DNA from: a bacterium
GTDB lineage: Bacteria; Zhuqueibacterota; Zhuqueibacteria; Oceanimicrobiales; Oceanimicrobiaceae
Length of the DNA stretch: 19,960 bases
Assembly (NCBI GenBank): GCA_037446635.1
Contig: JBBIIG010000068.1
Coordinates: 1 to 19,960, forward strand
Reading direction: 5' to 3'
Below the pieces are notes generated by a model. The model ran no database searches and was not told the origin of the DNA. It was given only the letters and a program-made list of their open reading frames with translations. This document shows positions 7,180-14,635 of the stretch, one piece after another. The position numbers were made by a program, and so were the translations under genes. How positions within the stretch are numbered: position 1 is the first letter of the stretch; each line of letters opens with the position of its first letter.

Positions 7180-9099
7180 TCATGCGCTTTGCTCTGCGGG
7201 TTCGCAGCGCGCGATCAGTTCCGCGACGCTGAGGGGGGTGATGCCATCGCAGTCATCGCGATAAACTACGCGCATCACTTCCTCCAGAGTGGTGATGCCT
7301 TTAAGGGCTTTGTAGAACCCATCTTCCGGCATGGTAACCAGTCCGGCTTGCTTGCGCGCCACCGCGCGGATTCTTGTTGAAGTGCTGCGTGAAAGAATCT
7401 CGTCGCGGATGGCGGCGTTCACCATCATCACTTCATGGATGGCGGTCATGCCCTTATAGCCGCTATGGTTGCAGTGGATGCATCCTTTGGCGCGATAGAA
7501 TTTGTATTTTTCCAATTCGCCGTTGCGGGGTTGGATGCTTTTGAAAAATGAAAAGACTTTAGGATGGGGTGAATAGGCTTCTTTGCAGTGTTCACAGAGC
7601 AACCGCACCAGCCGCTGCGCCACCACGGAAACGACTGTGGATGAGATCAAGAAAGTTTCAATGCCCATGTCCATCAGCCGCAGCAGCGCGCCGGTCGTAT
7701 CGTCGGTGTGAAAGGTGCTGAAGACTTTGTGGCCGGTGAGCGAGGCTTGCACCACGGCCTCGGCGGCTTCTGGGTCGCGGATTTCGCCGATCATCAGCAC
7801 GTCCGGATCCTGCCGCATCATCGCGCGTAGACAAGAAATGTAGTTGACGCCAATCTTCGGCGCGACGTTGGATTGAATGACGCCGTCGATGGTGTACTCC
7901 ACCGGATCTTCGACGGTCATGATCACGCGGTCGAGATTGTTCAAATACTGAAGCGAGGCGTAGAGCGTGGTGGTTTTACCGGAGCCAGTGGGGCCGGTGA
8001 CTAAAATAATACCGGTGGGATGCTCGAGCATGTTGAGATACCTGGCGAGATTCGCCGGTGAGAAACCAATTTTGTTGATGTCAATCAGCGTGCTGCGCCG
8101 GGTTTGGATGCGGATGACGATGTTCTCGCCCCAGATGCCGGCGTAGGTGGAGACGCGCAGATCGAATTCTTTGTTCATGACGCGCGCCTGGATGCGGCCG
8201 TCCTGATGACGGCGGCGTTCGGCAATATCCAGCCCGCAGATGGCCTTGATGCGGCTGGCGATTTTTGGCGCCATGGCCAGCGGCAGATCGGTTTTGTGAT
8301 GCAGCACGCCGTCGATGCGATAACGAACGCGTACAAAACGGTTTTGCGGCTCGATGTGGATATCGGTGGCGCGTTCGATGATGGCGCTGGTTACGATAAA
8401 ATTCAGCGCGGAGATGATGTCGTCGCCATTGTTTTTGAACAGCTCGTCCTCACCGATGATCAAATCTTTCGGCGCCTCCGTCACTTGCAATTCTTGGCCG
8501 ATTTCCAATTTTTGCGAGTAGTCGGCGATGGTTTTTTGAATTTCATAGGCCGGCGCAATGGCCAGCAAAATGTTGCTTCGCAGTGCCTTTTTCAAGAAAG
8601 CGATGTTCGCTTCATCCAGGGGGTCGGCCATGATGACGGTCAAATCGTCTCCCTCTTGAAACGCCGGTATGAACTGGTGTTTCTGCAAAAACTCCGGGTT
8701 GAATTTTTTGAGCAGCCGGCGATCGATGATGCTCAGCGAGGGAATGATTTTTGGGATGCCCAATTGCACGCTCAGGGCGTCGAGCAACGCTTGTTCGCTA
8801 ATCGCCCCCAGATCGACGAGAATTTGGCCGAGCCGTTTGCGCGAGCGCTTTTGCTCGGCCAGCGCTTGTTGAAGCTGTTCCGATGTGATTAGCTTCATTT
8901 TGACCAACAGCTTGCCCAGCGGGATGCTGGTCTTATATTTTTTGAGTACGGCCCGCAGATCCTCTTTTGAGAGATATCCCTGTTTGACGCACAATTCCCC
9001 GAGGGGAGTATAAACGGTTTGCTTTTTCTGCAGCTCCAGCGCCTCGGTTAATTGCGCCGGGGTGATGAAGCCTTCTTTTATTAATAGTTCGCCGATCAT
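7180..9099 (-). CDS. GspE/PilB/MshE-family secretion or pilus assembly ATPase with tandem N-terminal MshEN-like motifs
   Basis: ATDIHIEP, VRYRIDG, Walker A GPTGSGKTTT, Asp box TVEDPVE, RQDPDVLMIGEIRD, His box TGHKVFSTFH, CEHC...CIHC zinc site. Four xLGxxLxxxGxI...LxxAL motifs in the first ~115 aa. Confidence 0.95.
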   Translation of the reverse strand: MIGELLIKEGFITPAQLTEALELQKKQTVYTPLGELCVKQGYLSKEDLRAVLKKYKTSIPLGKLLVKMKLITSEQLQQALAEQKRSRKRLGQILVDLGAISEQALLDALSVQLGIPKIIPSLSIIDRRLLKKFNPEFLQKHQFIPAFQEGDDLTVIMADPLDEANIAFLKKALRSNILLAIAPAYEIQKTIADYSQKLEIGQELQVTEAPKDLIIGEDELFKNNGDDIISALNFIVTSAIIERATDIHIEPQNRFVRVRYRIDGVLHHKTDLPLAMAPKIASRIKAICGLDIAERRRHQDGRIQARVMNKEFDLRVSTYAGIWGENIVIRIQTRRSTLIDINKIGFSPANLARYLNMLEHPTGIILVTGPTGSGKTTTLYASLQYLNNLDRVIMTVEDPVEYTIDGVIQSNVAPKIGVNYISCLRAMMRQDPDVLMIGEIRDPEAAEAVVQASLTGHKVFSTFHTDDTTGALLRLMDMGIETFLISSTVVSVVAQRLVRLLCEHCKEAYSPHPKVFSFFKSIQPRNGELEKYKFYRAKGCIHCNHSGYKGMTAIHEVMMVNAAIRDEILSRSTSTRIRAVARKQAGLVTMPEDGFYKALKGITTLEEVMRVVYRDDCDGITPLSVAELIARCEPAEQSA

Positions 9100-9346
9100 A
9101 AAGAAATCTTGTCTTGTATTAAATACGGATCTTTTTCTTATTAAAAGGTATCGGCTAATTTATCAATCGCTTGAAAGTAAAATTCTCAAAGCTCTTTTCC
9201 GTAAGTTCAAAAACATCGTAATAGATTTTGGCGGCGAATCGTGTCTTTCTTTATGTAAGCCTCGGACTTAAACTCAAAAGGGAGGTATCCCATTTTCGCC
9301 AAACCAATCTCTAACGTCGGACGAAATTTCGACACTCGAATTACAA

Positions 9347-11713
9347 CTACCCTGTCACCTTCACCACCACCATCGTGAAGTCGTCGTGCTGTTTGGCGTC
9401 TTCAGAAAAGTGGGCGACTTCCTCCGTAATCGCCTCCAGCAATTTTTGCGGCGCCGCGTTATTGTGGTTCGCGATAATCTGACTCAAACGTTCTTCTCCA
9501 AACTCATCGCCGTTTTTGTTCATCGCTTCCGAGACGCCGTCGGTGAAAAAAACGAAAACGTCTCCGCTTTCGATTTCCAGCGTCACTTCTTCGATGATGT
9601 TTGAAAACAGCTGGCCGCGTTCCAGGCCGATGGCCAGCCCTTTCGAATTCAGCATCTCCGATTTCTGGGTAGAGCTTTTGTGGATGATGATGGGGTTGTG
9701 GCCGGCGCGCGCAAAAGTCAGCGTGCGCTTTTCCATATCAAAGAGTCCGCAAATCAAACTGATGAACACTTCCCGAGGCACGTTTTCATAAAAGATGCGA
9801 TTCATTTCGGTGAGAATTTTTTTGGGATTGGTGGTGTGGCACGCCAGCGTTTTGAGGATGCCCTTTACCATCGTCATGTAAAACGCCGCGGACACGCCTT
9901 TGCCGGAAACGTCGCCAATCACGATGCCCAGCGCGCGATCGCCTTCGCGGATGAAATCGTAATAGTCGCCGCCCACTTCCATCGCCGGCCGGCAGATGCA
10001 GGCGATTTCCAAATTGGGGAAGCGCGGCACTGTTTGCGGCAGAAACCGCTGCTGCACGCTGCGGGCAATTTCCAATTCTTTGAGAAAGCGCTCGCGCTCC
10101 GCGATTCGACTCACGTAGGAGGGCACGTACTGCTCGAAATCTTTGAGCGAGATGCGGCAGTAGCTGAAATACGATCCACACACCAACAACAACATTAGGA
10201 TGGAGAGGGCGACCACCCCCGGCGCGCTCATCAAGCCGTTGGGCATCAGGCTGATTAACGAAATTTCCAGAAACAGATTGATCAAGAAAAAGCTGATGAG
10301 AATGGTGGCGAGATCATATTTCAAAACCACATACGCCCACAACATGGCGGCGGGCAGAAAGAAAAAAATGGCAAGGTAGGAAGCGCGCAGGTAATATAAG
10401 TCGAGGCCGGTAAACGTTATGAATATGCCGAGCAGGATGCCGATGGCGGCGGTGTTTTGAATTTTCGATCGCAGATAGGTGGGCCAGAACGAGAACAGAA
10501 TCAGGCCGACGAAAGCCGAGGAGATGATGTTTTTGAGAATGTTGGGGAGGATGGCGCGGTTGCCGGCAAAAACCCAAAACAAGTCGTCTTCCAGCTTCAG
10601 GTAGCCGAGGTTCAAGCGCGTGACGCTCCAGAACAGGACGGCGAGAATCAGCAAAAAAAATCCCGACAAAAATATCGAATGCAGCAGCGCGGCGCCAAAT
10701 TCCTTTACCCGAAAATAGCCTTTGGCCAAAACGTCCAGCAGCGCGATTTTTTCGTGCCACACTTCGCGATTCAGCGACTCGGTAACGGCATAAACAATTA
10801 AAATTCCCAAACCAGTGAAAAAGCTGGCGAGGCCGCCGGCGATGGCGATCTCCTTCCAATGCGGCCACATGTCGATGGTCAGGTAGCAGAAAATAAAAGC
10901 GAATGCCGCCAGCCCCGCCCAAAAGGCGCGCTTGAATTCCAACAAATCGTGTTTCAGGCGGCGGAAGAAAACGCTGATGAGAAAGACGCCGATGAGAATC
11001 CAGGCTACAAATGCGGCAGTGATATAAACTATCTCTGCGGTGCGCTGGCCGGCCGGAATGGAGTAGGTCTCCGCGTCGATTATAGTTTTGGCGGCGTAGC
11101 GGGTGATGTTTCTGCCGGTTATCGCTACGGAGTAGCTTTCCACCAAATTGCCTGACAGCGGCGAGGGTCGTCTGAACTCAAATTCGTAGCGGTGAACGCG
11201 CTCCTCGTTGATGGTTTTATCGCGAAGCTGGATGCCGGTAGTATCGATTTTTTGCAAGTGCAGGAATCGTTTCGCTTCCAGCAGCGCTTCCGATTCTTTG
11301 AAGTTGGGGGGTTTGTTCAGATTGGGAGAGGTTTGTTCCAGTCCGATCAGATTGCCTTTGAAGTCATAACGTAGTGTGAGGTTTGCCTCCTGGGGGCCTT
11401 CTTTGCGGGTTTCGATGGTCCCCCTCCATGAGATCTCCCACTCGCCCAGAGGAAGGAAATGGTGCGGCTCGAGATGGAGCTGCGCAAAACGCAGCAGTTG
11501 ATCATCGACTTTGAGATCGACCGACTTGGAAAGTTGGTACTGGGCAAACTCGGATTGCTGGTAAACCGCTTCCGCTAATTCTAAAATTTGGCTTTTGGAA
11601 AGATGTTGATGCAGCAGCTTAACGGTCTTAGAGCGGGCGGCCAATCCTAAAAACGCCGCGATGCACGCGCAGCCCAACAGGGCGAGTAAAACGGATTTGA
11701 GCCTGGAGTCCAG
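9347..11713 (-). CDS. Membrane sensor PP2C/SpoIIE phosphatase: signal anchor, extracytoplasmic domain, multi-TM region, C-terminal PP2C
   Basis: ELEIARSVQ, VGGDYYDF, IGDVSGKG, FARAGHNP, FTDGVSEA, QHDDFT, plus many hydrophobic segments. The frame is open upstream of TTG 11677, and CTG 11713 lies 7 nt after GGAG. Start assignment is tentative. Confidence 0.9.
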   Translation of the reverse strand: MDSRLKSVLLALLGCACIAAFLGLAARSKTVKLLHQHLSKSQILELAEAVYQQSEFAQYQLSKSVDLKVDDQLLRFAQLHLEPHHFLPLGEWEISWRGTIETRKEGPQEANLTLRYDFKGNLIGLEQTSPNLNKPPNFKESEALLEAKRFLHLQKIDTTGIQLRDKTINEERVHRYEFEFRRPSPLSGNLVESYSVAITGRNITRYAAKTIIDAETYSIPAGQRTAEIVYITAAFVAWILIGVFLISVFFRRLKHDLLEFKRAFWAGLAAFAFIFCYLTIDMWPHWKEIAIAGGLASFFTGLGILIVYAVTESLNREVWHEKIALLDVLAKGYFRVKEFGAALLHSIFLSGFFLLILAVLFWSVTRLNLGYLKLEDDLFWVFAGNRAILPNILKNIISSAFVGLILFSFWPTYLRSKIQNTAAIGILLGIFITFTGLDLYYLRASYLAIFFFLPAAMLWAYVVLKYDLATILISFFLINLFLEISLISLMPNGLMSAPGVVALSILMLLLVCGSYFSYCRISLKDFEQYVPSYVSRIAERERFLKELEIARSVQQRFLPQTVPRFPNLEIACICRPAMEVGGDYYDFIREGDRALGIVIGDVSGKGVSAAFYMTMVKGILKTLACHTTNPKKILTEMNRIFYENVPREVFISLICGLFDMEKRTLTFARAGHNPIIIHKSSTQKSEMLNSKGLAIGLERGQLFSNIIEEVTLEIESGDVFVFFTDGVSEAMNKNGDEFGEERLSQIIANHNNAAPQKLLEAITEEVAHFSEDAKQHDDFTMVVVKVTG

Positions 11714-11728
11714 AGCCTTTCTCCAAGT

Positions 11729-12295
11729 TTATTGCTTAAATGAATTCAAGAATTCTTGATAGGTCGAACGCCATTTTTCAACGGTCGCTTGCGGGCCCGT
11801 TAGCTTGACGAACACCGGTCCAGAGGCGCACTCCACGACCGCCGCCAACATGCGGAAACTGGGCTTTTCGATGGTGGTGTGCCCCATGGGCATGGGCTGA
11901 AACAAATAAGTCCCGTGGACATCGACCCGAGTTTGCTTTAAGCCGTTGACCGTGACTTCCTCAACCTTCGCCGCGTCTCTGGACGGCGCGCCGTCGGGTT
12001 GAACGAATTGCCCATACCACCGTTCGAGGTTGGACTGGACGCCGCCGCCTTCGCCTCTAAAATAGAAGACCACGCAAGAAGCATCCTCCGGATCGTTTTC
12101 TACTTTTGGAATTCTGAACTGAGCTATACGAAAGCGCGATTGGGGAGTTTCTTTCACCCAGCTCTGCGGCGCTTGCCAGGTGATGACGGCGCTCTCCAAC
12201 TGAACGGTTTCCGCCGGCGAAAGGTTTTCATCCTGCTTATCGTTCTGGCCGCAAGCGATGAGAAATATCAAAATAACCACGCCATAAAATTTCAT
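11729..12295 (-). CDS. Hypothetical lipoprotein
   Basis: AGGAGGA at 12301-12307 before ATG 12295. MKFYGVVILIFLIAC lipobox. Internal motifs VVFYFRGEGGGVQSNLERWYGQF and FVKLTGP. Confidence 0.85.
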   Translation of the reverse strand: MKFYGVVILIFLIACGQNDKQDENLSPAETVQLESAVITWQAPQSWVKETPQSRFRIAQFRIPKVENDPEDASCVVFYFRGEGGGVQSNLERWYGQFVQPDGAPSRDAAKVEEVTVNGLKQTRVDVHGTYLFQPMPMGHTTIEKPSFRMLAAVVECASGPVFVKLTGPQATVEKWRSTYQEFLNSFKQ

Positions 12296-12341
12296 CGACT
12301 TCCTCCTTTTGATTTGGCGAAATTCGCAAAAAAGCGCAAAC

Positions 12342-12370
12342 AATATATTCTAGAATTTGATCAAATGCAA
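12342..12370 (-). promoter_or_regulatory. Candidate sigma70-type promoter TTGCAT-17-TATATT for the lipoprotein/phosphatase pair
   Basis: -35 at 12370-12365, -10 at 12347-12342, 17-nt spacer. The palindrome TTTGATCAAA (12356-12365) lies mostly within the spacer. Confidence 0.5.
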
Positions 12371-12403
12371 CCCATCATAAATCGACTACAAATGCCGATC
12401 AAC

Positions 12404-12501
12404 TTAACCGCGAAGTTCGCTACGAAACCGCAAGAGCGCAAAATAAAAGAATTATTTTTATTAGCGGACTTTGCGCTGGCCTTGCGTCCTTTGCGGTTTA
12501 A
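12404..12501. repeat. Imperfect long inverted repeat built of CGC(A/G)AAG-type units (REP-like hairpin)
   Basis: Left arm TTAACCGCGAAG...CGCAAGAGCGCAAA, AT-rich loop, right arm TTTGCGCTGGCCTTGCGTCCTTTGCGGTTTAA. Confidence 0.7.
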
Positions 12502-12564
12502 AACCAGTGGGGGGCCGGGTTTTCTGGCTGCGATGTTAGTTGGAAAGAATTTTTGAGGGGGCCG

Positions 12565-13140
12565 CTAAAAGAGCCGGAAGACGTATTTGCTCAAGGCATA
12601 AGAGGAGGACAGCAGAAAAGAATTCATTCCCACTTGCGATCCGATGATGCTGCCCAACAGCGGAGTTACGATCAAATCGACGCCGCTGGGGGGTTGTTTC
12701 CAACCCTCCACGGTGTATTCGAACAGGGTGCTTTGCAAAAACGTGCCGGCAAGGCTGGCCTCGTGGGAGAAGCCGCGATTGCGGTAAAACGCGAACACAC
12801 TGGCGCCTAACAGCGGGTGGCCGATGAAGTTGGTGATCCAGTGATCGCCATCGGGAATCTCCGGCAAAGTTGAGATGTTCTTGAGCCACTTTTGAAAATT
12901 CGAATTCAAAATGTCGCGGCCGAGATTGCGATTGACGGTAAAGACAAACGTCCATTGAAACGAGTAGGAGATAGCGGACGATTGCAGGAAGCCGAATTGC
13001 TGACCATTTTTAGCGACATCGAGATTGATTTTGTAGGCCGAGTAGTTTGTTGAGCCGTCTCCGCCCTGGGCGGTAGCAATTGGAAAAAGGAAGAGAGCAA
13101 AAACGACTAAAGGAAGTCTGTCGTGGAAATTTGTTTTCAT
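12565..13140 (-). CDS. DUF3943-like exported or membrane protein
   Basis: Signal-peptide-like N-terminus. DGDHWITNFIGHP...YRNRG...STLFEYTVE...PSGVDLIVTPLLGSIIG matches the recalled DUF3943 pattern. Confidence 0.8.
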   Translation of the reverse strand: MKTNFHDRLPLVVFALFLFPIATAQGGDGSTNYSAYKINLDVAKNGQQFGFLQSSAISYSFQWTFVFTVNRNLGRDILNSNFQKWLKNISTLPEIPDGDHWITNFIGHPLLGASVFAFYRNRGFSHEASLAGTFLQSTLFEYTVEGWKQPPSGVDLIVTPLLGSIIGSQVGMNSFLLSSSYALSKYVFRLF

Positions 13141-13158
13141 AGCCGGGTCCTCGTCCGG

Positions 13159-13180
13159 AGTGATACCTTAAGGCATCACT
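13159..13180. promoter_or_regulatory. 22-bp near-perfect palindrome AGTGATACCTTAAGGCATCACT, operator-like
   Basis: One mismatched pair. Lies in the divergent intergenic region, 15 nt upstream of a -35 box. Confidence 0.45.
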
Positions 13181-13195
13181 ACGATTGGTGTTTTG

Positions 13196-13224
13196 TTGAC
13201 TATCGGATTAATTTTTATTATCCT
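13196..13224 (+). promoter_or_regulatory. Candidate sigma70 promoter TTGACT-17-TATCCT
   Basis: -35 at 13196-13201 and -10 at 13219-13224, upstream of the gene at 13346. Confidence 0.55.
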
Positions 13225-13345
13225 CTGTCATCGTTGAATGCGCGAACCGTGTTGAGAAACCCTATCCAGAGGACGACTCGAACAAGCTCAAGATACAAAT
13301 AAGAAATCATAAAAGCAAAAGCTTTCCTCTAAAGACTGGTGAAAT

Positions 13346-14494
13346 ATGAAAGCCAATCTAACCGCCTCCGAAATCAAAGACCTCATCGCAAAGGTGTTTG
13401 CCCCCACCACTGAGGATAAAACGCTGCTCATCCTGGTGGATGTTCCCAACCAGCGCGTCGCCGATTTTGAGGACTGGCGCGATCGGCGCACCCTGGCGCG
13501 CGAGTGGCAGGAAATTTTAGCGGCCATCAAAAACGAGTTGGGTTTGGAGAGCATTCATCTCCTTTACTATGAAAACACCGGCAGCAACAACGCCGATTTG
13601 CCGCGCGACGGATTTAAATGGGACGGCGACCCGCGGTTGGCGTCGGCTGAGCTTTTGAAGTCGCAGGCCGAGGCGGCGCCGTTGCTGGAAAGTCTGGCGC
13701 ACGCCGATATCATTTTAGCGCCCACGCAATTTTCGGCCACGGCGCCGCTGAAAGTTCTCGCCCGCCAGCAGCGTTTCCGCGCCGCTACTATGCCCGGCTT
13801 CAGCCGCGACATGATCCCGGCGTTAGGAGTGGATTACGGCGAGGTCCACCAGCGAGTGATGGCCATTAAAACTCGTTTGGACGAAGCCGTGGGGGCGCGC
13901 ATCCTTTTTCACGTTTCAAAAAAAGATCGTCGCCTTTTTCTCGATTTGCGGCATCGCGCGGCCCACGCCAGCAGCGGCTTGCTGCGCGAACGCGGCGCGG
14001 CCGGCAATCTCCCCAGCGGCGAAGCCTATATTGTGCCCTACGAAGGCGAACTGGGCGAGGCCAGTCGAACCGCCGGAACGTTGCCGGTACAATTCGGCGA
14101 TGAAATTGTTTTATATGAAATCCGTGAGAACCGCGCGCGCCGGGTGGTCTCGCAGGGGCCGCAGTCGCAATCGGAAACTCGCAAACTGCAGGAAGAGCCG
14201 GCTTACGGCAATCTCGCGGAACTGGGGTTCGGCGTGCTGGCGGCGTTCGGCGTGCGGCCAGTTGGCGAAACTTTGCTGGACGAAAAATTAGGACTGCACA
14301 TCGCGTTCGGCCGCAGCGACCATTTCGGCGGCGCGGTTTCATCCGGAGATTTTCGCCATCCCAAAAACGTCGTGCACATCGATCGCATTTATATTCCTGA
14401 AGTGCAAAACCAAGTGACGGTGAAGGAGGTGGTATTAGAATATCCGGGCGGGCGCGAGGAGCAGATCATCTCTGAAGGTAAGTACACTATTTAA
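13346..14494 (+). CDS. Divergent M29 (aminopeptidase T / thermophilic metalloprotease)-like protein
   Basis: AATMPG, GNLPSGEAY, LAELGFG, LDEKLGLHIAFGRSDHFGG, VHID. Confidence 0.75.
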   Translation: MKANLTASEIKDLIAKVFAPTTEDKTLLILVDVPNQRVADFEDWRDRRTLAREWQEILAAIKNELGLESIHLLYYENTGSNNADLPRDGFKWDGDPRLASAELLKSQAEAAPLLESLAHADIILAPTQFSATAPLKVLARQQRFRAATMPGFSRDMIPALGVDYGEVHQRVMAIKTRLDEAVGARILFHVSKKDRRLFLDLRHRAAHASSGLLRERGAAGNLPSGEAYIVPYEGELGEASRTAGTLPVQFGDEIVLYEIRENRARRVVSQGPQSQSETRKLQEEPAYGNLAELGFGVLAAFGVRPVGETLLDEKLGLHIAFGRSDHFGGAVSSGDFRHPKNVVHIDRIYIPEVQNQVTVKEVVLEYPGGREEQIISEGKYTI

Positions 14495-14515
14495 CCCGCA
14501 TTATTTATTCACAAT

Positions 14516-14572
14516 TTGGAGTAATGGATTTAAAAAATCCAATAACATAAATCCAGTAATCCATTAATCCAA
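14516..14572. repeat. Second locus of the 8-bp CA(T/G)TAATC repeat, with an inverted copy forming a hairpin
   Basis: TTGGAGTAATGGATT (14516-14530) pairs with AATCCATTAATCCAA (14558-14572) with one mismatch. Lies between convergent genes. Confidence 0.7.
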
Positions 14573-14635
14573 CGTATTTAATCACCTTTGCGCCTCTGTG
14601 TCTTTGCGAGCGATTTTTGCGAGTGATGCCGTCCT

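Noticed and set aside
7045..7380. + strand 111-aa ORF and purine-rich G(A/C)GCA(T/G)A units at about 7092-7150
   Set aside because: The ORF is made of low-complexity spacer plus antisense of the ATPase. The repeat units are too degenerate to delimit reliably.
11999..12556. + strand 185-aa ORF, and the TTG start at 12343 for the lipoprotein
   Set aside because: The ORF crosses the lipoprotein antisense and a repeat. The lipoprotein has a strong SD at ATG 12295.
13261..13345. SAM-I riboswitch-like start (CTATCCAGAGG) in the leader of the M29-like gene
   Set aside because: The following conserved SAM-I elements and a terminator are absent.
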